DNA from: an uncultured bacterium
Lineage (GTDB): Bacteria; Babelota; Babeliae; Babelales; Vermiphilaceae
Direction of reading: 5' to 3'
Length of the DNA: 64,000 nucleotides
Assembly: GCA_963727255.1 (NCBI GenBank)
Contig: CAVSFC010000002.1
Location: forward strand, 352,001 to 416,000
Position numbers and translations under genes: made by a program. Shown piece after piece: positions 41,311 through 51,362 of this stretch. The notes under the pieces were generated by a model, which saw only the letters and a program-made list of their open reading frames with translations, did no database searches and was not told the origin of the DNA. How positions within the stretch are numbered: the stretch's first letter is position 1; the number at the start of each line of letters is the position of its first letter.

Positions 41311-42711
41311 TTAAGGAATGTTTTGTTTATTTATGATACTATTGGGATTTTCCGCATTATTAGTTTCAAGATTTCCCTTTTTTTTGAGCTGCATGGAAAA
41401 GAAATTTATTGGTTTATACGTTTGCAAATCGATAACCTGAAGACTTGTGCTGGTCGGGTGCCAAACAAGATATTTACCATCAGAATTCACTGAGCTTGTT
41501 TTGATACTTGCATCCTTCTGTAAAGATTTAAGTAATTTATTGGTTACAACATCTAAAATGCACAGATTCTTCAGGTCTTCAAGAATCAGATATTTTTCTT
41601 GTGAAGAGAAGTAACCAATTTTAGGTTTACATTCAACAGGAAGATGTTTAAAAACAGTTTCCTTGTAGATGCTATTTAGTTCTACCCTATCATAACGGAT
41701 AAGATTACCATTTCTCTGTATGATGCTTTTACCGAGATCTACTGAAGACGCTAAGACATCTTGATATGGAAAAGTATCTTGATATGTAAAAGTATTCTCC
41801 TTTTTTCCATGTGATTGATCAATTTTAAAAAGATACTCAGTTGGAATTCCGCGATCTGCATATCGGTTAGGTTTGAGCGCTTTTCTAACATGAAGAAAAG
41901 AAAAATCAGGATTAAGAAAAGCAGCCGAAGGAATATCAAGTAAAGAATTGGTAAATTTTTTTAGCAAAGAAAATTTTTTAGTATCATAAAAACACAATGA
42001 ATTATCCTTATTTACCGCAAGTTCAGTGCCGCTGGCGTTAAATCGCGGTGAATTTCCTATTAATTTTGCATTTTCTTCTTTAGTTTTCAAATTAATAATA
42101 TGAACCAACTGTTCCAGTACGGCGCAATGAATCTTCTCACTCGTATCTTTGCTTTCGCATGCAAGAAAAGTGTCATCAGGGCTAAAAACAATTGCAAATT
42201 TGTTCTTAGTATATAAGGTTTTACCCGTATCTTTAAGGATGATGTGCGGAGCTTGTTCTGCTTTTCCGGAAATTTCATGAACTTCTAAAGTATCTTTATC
42301 TGGCTGGCATAGAACATGTGAATCGTGGGGACTTATAGGGTGAATATCCAAAAGTTCTGTTTTGTATGTTTTTAACAGTTTGCCCGAAATTGCACTCCAT
42401 AGGCTTAAACTATTCATCAGTGAATAGGGAATAGTTTTAATGCCCCAATAATAATTTCCCTGAGGACTAAATTGTTGGGAAATCAATTGTTGCTTGTTTG
42501 TTTCAAGCACACATTCCGGCTCGATTCCTCTTTGAGTAATTGTATAGAGCGTGAGCGTGCGATTGCGTGATATCATCAATTGGGCAGCGTTCGGATGCCA
42601 GCAGACATTATCTACTGATTCCATTACAGAATTTGTTTTCAGGTGAACTGATAGTTTCTCCATACCCGTGAGCATCGGAGAAAAAATGAAGAGTAATAAT
42701 ACAATGTACAT
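41311..42711 (-). CDS. Exported WD40-like beta-propeller protein
   Basis: First 12 residues MYIVLLLFIFSP identical to the neighbour; FSPQGNYYWG, FSPDD. Confidence 0.75.
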   Translation of the reverse strand: MYIVLLLFIFSPMLTGMEKLSVHLKTNSVMESVDNVCWHPNAAQLMISRNRTLTLYTITQRGIEPECVLETNKQQLISQQFSPQGNYYWGIKTIPYSLMNSLSLWSAISGKLLKTYKTELLDIHPISPHDSHVLCQPDKDTLEVHEISGKAEQAPHIILKDTGKTLYTKNKFAIVFSPDDTFLACESKDTSEKIHCAVLEQLVHIINLKTKEENAKLIGNSPRFNASGTELAVNKDNSLCFYDTKKFSLLKKFTNSLLDIPSAAFLNPDFSFLHVRKALKPNRYADRGIPTEYLFKIDQSHGKKENTFTYQDTFPYQDVLASSVDLGKSIIQRNGNLIRYDRVELNSIYKETVFKHLPVECKPKIGYFSSQEKYLILEDLKNLCILDVVTNKLLKSLQKDASIKTSSVNSDGKYLVWHPTSTSLQVIDLQTYKPINFFSMQLKKKGNLETNNAENPNSIINKQNIP

Positions 42712-42806
42712 AGCAGTATATATTTTAGAGAGAATTTTGTTTTTTATTAATACTACTATAGATTAACGAGTAAAAGAATAAAAAGTCTCGCGTTGGAAAA
42801 AATAAT

Positions 42807-43717
42807 ATGAAGAAAATAGCCATGTCAGTTTTTTTTGTTTTGAATATTTTTGGTATGGAGTTGATAGAGAATAAAAAAAATACCGAGCTTATACCGCTGG
42901 TAAATAAGTCTCATGCCGATGAATGCTATGCTAAATTTCTCAACTCATTGCCTAAAGATAAATCAAAGATTAATGCAAAAATGATTGCAGCGCCGTTAAT
43001 CGAGAGGATAAATCGCAATGAAGACGAGTTAGTAAGGCAATATTTTAATCGTGAGATGGGTTGGATTGAAGCGTTACGCCGTGAACATATTAACGCAGGA
43101 AATGAAAAAGAAGACGAACTGAATGCACTGGCAAATAAAGAGTTATTTACCCGTGCGGTACTTTCTTATGTTGATGAACATATTGAGCAGCAAGAAAAAT
43201 TGAAAAGTTGGGGAGATGATTGTTTAGCGTTGATTAAGCCAGAAGAATCTAACTGTGGGCCGTTCATGACTAATCTCGGAATATCCGGCGTAGCTCTTTT
43301 TCTATCACTTATGGCCTCTATTACTAATGTTCCGTTTGCTTGTGAGTTAGAATGTGGATGCGCAGAAGTAACGGTAAATACGGGTTTGGCAATGATCAAT
43401 TGTCTTAAAAATTCAAAGGTTTTAGTGTGCCGTGTAATGTTACTCAAATAGGCCTGAACATTGATAAATGTTGCTTTAATTATGTTTTTTACGAATGCTA
43501 TGCCCAAGCAAAAAAATATAACGATCATGTTTATCCTAAACAAATGCTCAATGCATGGATACCATTAATGTGCGTTGGCGGAGGTCTTCCTTTTATGCAA
43601 CTTACCGCGCAGCTGATCGGATTATATTTAAGAAGAACAGCAAAAATTCCATCTCCAGAAATTAAGAAAGTGATAGAAGAGCAGCGCCGCACAGTTGCTC
43701 TCTATTCACAACCCTAA
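42807..43717 (+). CDS. Exported/membrane hypothetical protein, probably one gene split by a frameshift at ~43430-43450
   Basis: Overlapping ORFs 42807-43451 and 43427-43717; signal peptide IFG-MEL. Confidence 0.55.
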
Positions 43718-43865
43718 GACGGTTTGCTATCTAAAAACCTCATTCTTTGTTGCCTTTTTTAGTTTTCTTGACATTAAAACTGATTAAAATCATAAAATTA
43801 TTGACTATTCTATCAAGAAAACGTTAGAAAAAAGAAGAACGATTGCGCACTGCGCAATATAAAGC

Positions 43866-43954
43866 TTGCCTCTACTTCGCCCTTTCGGGCTTCGAAGAGC
43901 AAGCGAGCCGGCCTGTCCTTCGTAGCTTTAGCGTAGTAGGAAAGGCGCGGATAA
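43866..43954 (+). repeat. Dispersed ~88-nt palindromic repeat, copy 2
   Basis: Near-identical to 13433-13520; lies just upstream of the ftsQ-like gene. Confidence 0.92.
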
Positions 43955-43985
43955 TAGACTGGCTTGGTGGTAAAGGGAATTAGGG

Positions 43986-44711
43986 ATGAAGAGTGGTGGC
44001 AAAAAAGTCTTTTTAGTTGCGGTACTCGTAGCGGTTGCGGGGTTTGGCACCTATCGAATGGGCATGCAAATTTTTGGTGCTCAGCAGTTTCATTTTTCTC
44101 TCGATCCAAAATTATCTCCGGCGATGCATAAAGCTATCAAGCAAGCAGTCTATGAATCATATATTACTGCCTTGGCATCTCTTTGTGGCTTAGTGCAAGA
44201 TGCATGCCCCGCCTTGGAGCAGATAAGTATCGAGCGGCGAGCGAATAATAAGCTATATATCGCCGTGACGTGTAAACAACCATATTTGTGTATTGACACT
44301 AAAGTTCTGACTACCGCCGGCACGATAGTGGATAGCGCATGTTTTACTCCTACAGCGCTCGAACCATTGCCGGTTGTTACGCAAAAAAATTTGTTTGGCA
44401 AAGCAACCATCACGGATGAGTTTAAGCAGTGGCTTTTACAGCTTGATCCATCCGTCTTTGCCTCTTACGATATTGTTTGGACTGATGATTTTTCTATTCA
44501 ATTGCATGATAAGCAGAATAATCAGCAGACCATTTTGTGCAGTGTTTCTACTGCGCCCGATAAATCATTAAGAGAATTATGCCAGCGGATTATAGAAGAA
44601 AAAACTATTTGTGCGCAAGGGACGGCACGCAAATATGGGTATACCGCTGATATACGGTTTGAAAAACAAATAATTATATGCTCGCACAAAGGGGGGGCTT
44701 GTCATGGCTAA
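43986..44711 (+). CDS. ftsQ: FtsQ/DivIB-like cell division protein (putative)
   Basis: Single N-terminal TM, C-terminal ADIRFEKQII (DLRF-like), directly upstream of ftsA-ftsZ. Confidence 0.6.
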   Translation: MKSGGKKVFLVAVLVAVAGFGTYRMGMQIFGAQQFHFSLDPKLSPAMHKAIKQAVYESYITALASLCGLVQDACPALEQISIERRANNKLYIAVTCKQPYLCIDTKVLTTAGTIVDSACFTPTALEPLPVVTQKNLFGKATITDEFKQWLLQLDPSVFASYDIVWTDDFSIQLHDKQNNQQTILCSVSTAPDKSLRELCQRIIEEKTICAQGTARKYGYTADIRFEKQIIICSHKGGACHG

Positions 44712-45942
44712 AGTTTTTGCGGATAACATTGTGGTCTCAATCGATGTGGGCACTACCAAAATTTGCGTGTTGGTTGCTCATGTTCTTGATAAAGATCATG
44801 TTGAGATTTTGGGAGTGGGCAAAGCTCCTTCGGATGGTCTTGCGCAAAGGAGTGGTGGTTGATATTCAAAAAACTATCTCATCAATTAAAGCTGCAGTTA
44901 AAGAGGCTGAATTGATGGCAGATGTTACCATTAATACCGCTGCCGTTGGTATTTCTGGCGGGCATATTCAATCAACCAATTCACATGGTATGGTTGCAAT
45001 CAAGCAAGGTGAAGTAAAAGATTCTGATGTTGCCAATGTGATGAATGCGGCGCGGGCATTTGCGATTCCTGAAGGGATGCAAATTTTACATGTGATGCCC
45101 CAATTTTATGTGATTGATACTCGCGAAAAAGTTCAAAATCCGGTTGGCATGCACGGCATTCGTTTAGAAGTGCAGGCGCATGTGATTATGGGCGCTATTG
45201 CATCGGTGCAAAATTTAGTTAAATGTTGCGAAATGGCCGGCGTAAAAGTGACTGATATTATTTTAGAGCAATTAGCCTCTGCGCAAGCGGTTCTTTCTGA
45301 TGATGAACGTGAAATTGGGGTTGCAATGCTTGATATTGGTGGCGGAACTTCTGATTTGGCAATCTATCAAAATGGTAATATTCGCCATACGTATGTATTG
45401 CCCGTGGCAGGAAATCATTTTACTAATGATGTTGCGGTTGGATTGCGTACCACAATCAAAGATGCTGAACGTGTTAAAAAAGAATATGGCTTGCCTGTAT
45501 TGATTTACTGGAGCATGATCAGGTTATTGAAGTGCAAACGGCTCACGGTGATGAAACGCAGATTGGTGAATCATATCAGATCTGATTGCAATTATTGCAA
45601 CCACGAGCGCAAGAATTATTGACTCTGGTTCATGAAGAAATCATGAAGCATAAATTGCAATCGATGATGCCTTCAGGATTAGTGTTAACCGGTGGCGGAG
45701 CATTATTGCCGGGGATGAAAGAGTTTGCGCAAGAAATTTTTGGTGTGCCGGTGCGTATTGGTATGGTCAGAATGGCGCATGATTTGCCTGAATCACTTAG
45801 AAAGCCCAATTTATGCAACCGGGTATGGGTTACTCAAGCAGGTGATAAAGCAACAAGAACAGTGCGCTCGGCACACATTGGAGGCCCTGCTTTAACACGA
45901 ATATTTATGCGTATGAAATCATGGGTTATAGATTTCTTTTAA
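44704..45942 (+). CDS. ftsA: Cell division protein FtsA (frameshifted)
   Basis: SIDVGTTKICV, RKGVVVDI, LDIGGGTSD, GLVLTGGGALL. Confidence 0.93.
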
Positions 45943-45964
45943 TATAAAATCTAGGGAGAAGCAG

Positions 45965-47231
45965 ATGATTGAATTTGATAGCGCAGAACTTGCCCGAGAA
46001 AATTCGGCAAAAATAAAAGTATTGGGCGTTGGCGGTGCTGGCGGCAATACCGTGAATAGTATTATTGAATCAGGATATCAAGGAATTGAATATTTAGTGG
46101 TTAATACTGATGCGCAAGCATTAGAAAATTCAAAGGCACCAACAAAAATTCGCTTAGGTGCGCGATCCGCAAAAGGGTTGGCGCCGGCGCAAATCCAGAA
46201 GCAGGCAAGCGCGCAGCTGAAGAAACATTAAATGAGATTATGGAACAGCTTGAAGATGCTGATATTGTTTTCTTAACAGCTGGATATGGGCGGTGGAACC
46301 GGATCAGGAGCACTGCCCGTCATCGCGCGTGCACTTAAAAGAGCGCGGTATTTTATCTATTGCGGTGGTTACCACGCCCTTTCAATTTTGAAGGGAAAAA
46401 ACGCGCTGCAATTGCAGAAGCGGCGATTCAACAACTCAAAAAAGATGTTGATACGTTTGATTGTGATCCCAAATCAAAATCTTGCTTAATGTGGTTGATG
46501 CAAGCACTTCTATGATTGATGCATTTAATATGATCAATGCCGTGCTTGGCCAAGCAGTAAAAAGTATTTCTGATATTATCGCAAAACCGGGCCATATTAA
46601 TGTTGATTTTGCTGATGTTCGGGCAATTATGAAAGATCGCGGACTTGCCATTATGGGTGCTGCGCGAGCATGCGGGGAAGATCGTGCATTAGAAGCAACA
46701 TTGGCTGCAATCTCATCACCATTACTAGAAAATATGAATATCAAAGGATCCCAAAGCGTGCTTTTAAATATTACCGGCAGCAAAAATTTGAGCTTGCATG
46801 AAATTAGCCAAGCAGCTTCAATTATTTATGAACAAGCAGATGCTGATGCGCAAATTATTTTAGGCTCCGTGATTGATGAAAGCCTTGGCGATGATGTCTT
46901 GGTAACCATGATTGCAACTGGTTTTGAAGAAGCGCAACAAGCGGCGGCACAAGCAGAACAAGAAATTAAGGTAAAAGCGACGGTGCTTGATGTGGTGGAG
47001 ACTATTAAAGTGCATGTTGAAGCTCCTACGCAAGAAATGGCTGAATCAATGATGGCTGCGGCGCATAATGCACATATTCCGCACAAGCAAACTATTGCGC
47101 CTGCATTATCCCACTATAAAAAACCGGCAATGCATGAACCGGCTCCGGCCCATGATTTGCTTGGCGGTGACGATGCGCTCGATGTGCCTGCATTTATGAG
47201 AAAAGAGAAATCTGAATTAGAGAATAGCTAA
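45965..47231 (+). CDS. ftsZ: Cell division protein FtsZ (frameshifted)
   Basis: KVLGVGGAGGN, NTDAQAL, GGGTGSG, INVDFADV, C-terminal LDVPAFMRK. Confidence 0.95.
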
Positions 47232-47237
47232 AAAAAT

Positions 47238-47279
47238 ACCCGCTCGAGCGCATGAAGCATTCGCGCGGGTTTATTTTTT
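47238..47279. terminator. Terminator-like hairpin after ftsZ
   Basis: acccgctcgagcgc...gcattcgcgcgggt followed by a T-rich tract. Confidence 0.5.
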
Positions 47280-47286
47280 AATCAGT

Positions 47287-47910
47287 TTATGCAGCTCTCA
47301 ATCGTTCGCATGTTCCGCAGACGAATTGAGTTTGCGGTTGCGTGAATGATTTGGCCATGAGGCAGATATTGTTCCCTATATTTGCTTCCTGAATAAAACC
47401 AAATTTTTTATACAAATTTATTGCAGGCGTATTATGCGCTAAAACATATAATTCCAGCCCACTGGCTTTTAATTGTTGTGCCAGTTCTTGCGCCGCTGCG
47501 AGTAACTGATAACCTAATCCCATATTGCGGAATTTTGCATCGACTGCCAAAATTTCGACCATGCCATAATTGCCCGGGACAAAGCTCATCGCCCCTGCTA
47601 TTTGGCCATTAACGCGAATAACTTTAACAGTTGTCTTCATTCCAGGGCGATTGCATGATTGGCAATCTAAGAATAATCGTTCAAATTCTTTTTCATTAAA
47701 AGAAGGATCAGTTGATACAACTGACCAATTATCTTTTAGTATTTGTTTAACCGCTTCATAATCACGAGCAATATCATAATCAAGTACTTTTACTTGATTA
47801 GTGTCTTGTTCAAGAGTTATGAATGGAATAGTAGAAGTCTCTGCTTTTGCAGCAAAAGAAGCAAGTAATAAAGAAGCCAATAAAAGCTTCTGAGTAATAG
47901 AATGTGCCAT
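47287..47910 (-). CDS. Exported GNAT-family acetyltransferase
   Basis: LAVDAKFRNMGLGYQLL, NTPAINLYKKFGF; signal peptide. Confidence 0.85.
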   Translation of the reverse strand: MAHSITQKLLLASLLLASFAAKAETSTIPFITLEQDTNQVKVLDYDIARDYEAVKQILKDNWSVVSTDPSFNEKEFERLFLDCQSCNRPGMKTTVKVIRVNGQIAGAMSFVPGNYGMVEILAVDAKFRNMGLGYQLLAAAQELAQQLKASGLELYVLAHNTPAINLYKKFGFIQEANIGNNICLMAKSFTQPQTQFVCGTCERLRAA

Positions 47911-48040
47911 GATTTAACCTCCAAAGATAATCTAATGGTACATTCTTAAGAATAGGTGAAAATAGAGAAATAGCAAGATCTTGATATATAAATTGACAAA
48001 TAGAAATAAAAAAACATGAGGTCTTGCCCCCCAGTTTCTC

Positions 48041-48568
48041 CTAGGAAGCGTTATTTTCGAAATTTCTCACTAGAAGACGAGATTCTCCACTCGAAAGATT
48101 AAAAATAGTTTCTAGATGAGAAAGATTGCCTAATAAAATTTCGCGCTTTTCATAGGTATTATTTTCTTGCAAATTTTTTATAAGATTATCGATTTTAATT
48201 TTGTTTTCTTCTGGAGTTGTTTGGGCAATGTGATATTCAAGCAATATCAAGAGACCTTTTTGAGGCATTTGCAATGTAGTTGATGAAATATCTAAAATAA
48301 TAGCTGTTTGCAAGCTTGGTTCATTGATACAAAGCGCGCAAATTTTTTTAATGGTAGCTATCGCTTCTTGCTGAGAGGCGTTAAATGCTTGCGCGCTAGT
48401 ATCATCCTTTGTGGATTCACATTGCTTAATAAGTGAAGAAATCAATGACTCACAGCCTTTCCATTTTTGATGAGAATATTGCTCAGAATGAGTAACATGC
48501 AAGCAAAATTTATAGTAAATCTCCGATGCCGTTTCCGGATAACATGGATTTACGAGTATAAGGCACAA
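48041..48568 (-). CDS. Hypothetical protein; true start possibly at 48600 with a frameshift
   Basis: 175-aa ORF; AAGGAG RBS and ATG at 48600 in another frame. Confidence 0.5.
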   Translation of the reverse strand: MCLILVNPCYPETASEIYYKFCLHVTHSEQYSHQKWKGCESLISSLIKQCESTKDDTSAQAFNASQQEAIATIKKICALCINEPSLQTAIILDISSTTLQMPQKGLLILLEYHIAQTTPEENKIKIDNLIKNLQENNTYEKREILLGNLSHLETIFNLSSGESRLLVRNFENNAS

Positions 48569-48688
48569 TAGAGCAAACTATCTAAAAGAGAGATTTTCAT
48601 GAAAGATCTCCTTAATGAGATTTTATTTAGATTAAGAATCATGCTCTAATTGCGCTTTTAACATCGAAGAAATAAAACAATGTTATTA

Positions 48689-49210
48689 TTAACCTATTTG
48701 TTTAGAAAGTAAGAAGTAAGCCGGAAACATTTTCTTGATGGAAAACCCGAGATGCTTATAAAATTGAATAGCGGGGTTATTGTTGGGGTAGACGTAGAGT
48801 TGGATATATTTGCACCCCAAACGGGAAAACCAATCTTGCACATAGGTAATCAGTTTTTTGCCGTATCCAAGACCTTTATAAGGGCTATCAATAGCGAGTA
48901 ATTCCACGTGCCCAGTGATTGCATCTGCTTGATAGTAGGTAATAAAGCCGAGCAGCGTTGTATTCTCTTTGAGCGTAGTGATAAATAATCGTTTATGGTG
49001 CATGGTAATATCGCCCGGCCTCTGATCTTTAAAAATAATACTAATCAAATTTTGGTCATAGGCGGGCGTTAAAAACAATGTGTGCCATTCTTTTTTGAGT
49101 ATCTGTTCTACCGCTGGCATATCAGTTTGATAATTAAAAGAAGTTATTATCGGCTGTGCGCATATGATTGCTTGAAAAAATAAGATAGAAAATGCAAAAT
49201 TCTTAACCAT
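48689..49210 (-). CDS. Exported GNAT-family acetyltransferase (paralog of 47287-47910)
   Basis: VELLAIDSPYKGLGYGKKL, NNPAIQFYKHLGF; shared DxxAVxQILKxxW. Confidence 0.85.
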   Translation of the reverse strand: MVKNFAFSILFFQAIICAQPIITSFNYQTDMPAVEQILKKEWHTLFLTPAYDQNLISIIFKDQRPGDITMHHKRLFITTLKENTTLLGFITYYQADAITGHVELLAIDSPYKGLGYGKKLITYVQDWFSRLGCKYIQLYVYPNNNPAIQFYKHLGFSIKKMFPAYFLLSKQIG

Positions 49211-49292
49211 AAAGATATCCTTTTTTGCTTTTTTCATACTATCAGCTACGCTTTCTAATGCAATCCTTAACATTTTAAATTACGAGGTTCTT

Positions 49293-50462
49293 ATGATGGT
49301 TGCTCCACGTTTAGTAGTGTTGATGCTCTTATTTTCACATGCTGCTTTTGCAGGAAACCATTATGGTTATCCTCGCCGAAGATATGATCCTTCAGAGCAT
49401 TATAAAAATGGTCCGAGTGCAGTTGAGACTGTTGCGGCCATTGGTTGTTTGGCCGCGATTGGTTATGGAATTTATAAATTTTGCGATTGGCTCTTTACTC
49501 CATCAGATGAAAAAGTATTGCAGCGCGGTATTGATGAATTGCAGTATGCCCATCTTCATTATGATGGCGCGATTGGATTCATGGAATTCCATTACTCAGC
49601 GATTCCTGATAATGTGCGGGATCAAAAAAGATTAATCCAAAGCGTTAATGAAGCTGTCCTTTATGATTATGCAATCTCTTATAAAAAAGATACCAGCATA
49701 AATGGCATTTTAACAAATATGGGCAGTGTAATTTCTTCATTGCAATCAGCGCATACTTCATTGGCTGAGCGTATCAAAAAGTTGCGCAACAATGATGGAA
49801 ATCAAAGCATGATCACCAATATGCAGCAAGTTGATCAAGAGATTATTGGGCTTTTATGCAAATTAGAGTTCGTGCATGAATATTTTTCGCACCATAGAAG
49901 TTACTATCATTTGTTTGATTTAGAAGCACGATTGTTGCATGCATATGAATTCGAATTAAATGCAATTAATCAAAGCCAAATGAACCCTGTTTATGTGCGC
50001 GAGGCAGTACGAGCGAGCGTTATGCGCCAGGCTTCTGCTCGCACTGGATATGCGTATATGCATTATGTTGATCGTGCGCAAGCAGATTGCAATGCGCTCG
50101 GCGGTGCACTGGGTAGTCTTCCTTATAATTATGCAAATCGCATTGGAGCAGCCGGAGTATTATTGCATAATCTAAAAGTAATTCACACGATCGTAGTTGC
50201 TGAAGATGCCTATCATCAAGAAGTGCTGGCCTATAAAAAAGAACAATTAGAGAAAGAACGCATCAATGCTGAGCGTGCAAAGGCAGCTGCAGCGGCTGCG
50301 CAAGCGGCAGCAATGCAACATCAAGCATGGGAAATGCAAAAGCAAAATCAGTTGCATGCACAGCAAATTCGTGTTGACTCCGAACGTAACGCAATCATGG
50401 CTACTCAAACGATCGTAAATGCCTTGAACCCTCCCCAGCCCCAAGTTAATGTATATGTATGA
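49293..50462 (+). CDS. Hypothetical exported/membrane coiled-coil protein
   Basis: 389 aa, signal peptide, TM segment, Ala/Gln-rich tail. Confidence 0.75.
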   Translation: MMVAPRLVVLMLLFSHAAFAGNHYGYPRRRYDPSEHYKNGPSAVETVAAIGCLAAIGYGIYKFCDWLFTPSDEKVLQRGIDELQYAHLHYDGAIGFMEFHYSAIPDNVRDQKRLIQSVNEAVLYDYAISYKKDTSINGILTNMGSVISSLQSAHTSLAERIKKLRNNDGNQSMITNMQQVDQEIIGLLCKLEFVHEYFSHHRSYYHLFDLEARLLHAYEFELNAINQSQMNPVYVREAVRASVMRQASARTGYAYMHYVDRAQADCNALGGALGSLPYNYANRIGAAGVLLHNLKVIHTIVVAEDAYHQEVLAYKKEQLEKERINAERAKAAAAAAQAAAMQHQAWEMQKQNQLHAQQIRVDSERNAIMATQTIVNALNPPQPQVNVYV

Positions 50463-51169
50463 TCTATCGCGACGCAAAAATAAAAATATATTTTGGCGGA
50501 GTCCAAGACGATATCGATAAGCTTGCCGATGCGATCCCCAGAGAAGCTCCGCTTGTTGCAGATGCAAAGTTTAATCGCATAAGCGAACTTCTTGCGGCTG
50601 AGCATCTTGCTTTCTTAAATCAAACGCATAGTGATCATGGTTTAATTGTTAAAGATCGGATTCCTGCCTTTGATCATGATGGAGATTTTTTAATAGCCGC
50701 AAAAAATAAAATTGGCATCGGTATCCTGAGCGCCGATTGCTTGCCAATTGCAATGTATGATCCAAAAAATCATGTTGCGGCGATTGTGCATGCAGGTTGG
50801 AAAGGTTCACTTGCAGGAGTTGCGCAAAATGCAATGAAGGCTATGCAGCAAGAATTTGGAACTCAGGCAAATGATCTGCAAGTCTTCTTTGGGCCGAGCG
50901 CGAATGTGGAATGTTATCAAGTGAGCGCTGATTTTTCTAATAATTTAACTGGTTGCTCCTATAGCAATCAGGTCTTTAAGAAAATAGGCGATTCCCATTA
51001 TTTTGATTTGCCTCTTTTTAACGCATTGCAATTGCAGATGGCAGGAGTCCCAGAAGATGCTATTTCTCGCGAATACAATTTTTGCACAATGTGCGATGAT
51101 CGTTTTTTTTCGAGCAGGCGCCTCAATGGGATTCCAAGCAGGCAAGCAACTATTGTTGTTTTAGCTTAA
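50459..51169 (+). CDS. pgeF: YfiH/PgeF family (purine nucleoside phosphorylase/peptidoglycan editing factor)
   Basis: LNQTHS, SADCLPI, HAGWKG, GPS..CYQV, FFSSR. Confidence 0.92.
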   Translation: MIYRDAKIKIYFGGVQDDIDKLADAIPREAPLVADAKFNRISELLAAEHLAFLNQTHSDHGLIVKDRIPAFDHDGDFLIAAKNKIGIGILSADCLPIAMYDPKNHVAAIVHAGWKGSLAGVAQNAMKAMQQEFGTQANDLQVFFGPSANVECYQVSADFSNNLTGCSYSNQVFKKIGDSHYFDLPLFNALQLQMAGVPEDAISREYNFCTMCDDRFFSSRRLNGIPSRQATIVVLA

Positions 51170-51362
51170 TTATTCGAATGTTTTTATGCCAATGCTCCCC
51201 ATAAGATATCCTAATTGTAAATGATTAATGATTCAGCTATAAGATCCCATCAGTAAAAAAACAAGATGGTTTTTTTGCGCACGTCTTGTTGATTTTTCGC
51301 TTCTATGATAGGATAAAAACTGTTTTAAAAAGTTTTTTTGAAGAGCATAAGGAATCTTTAAA

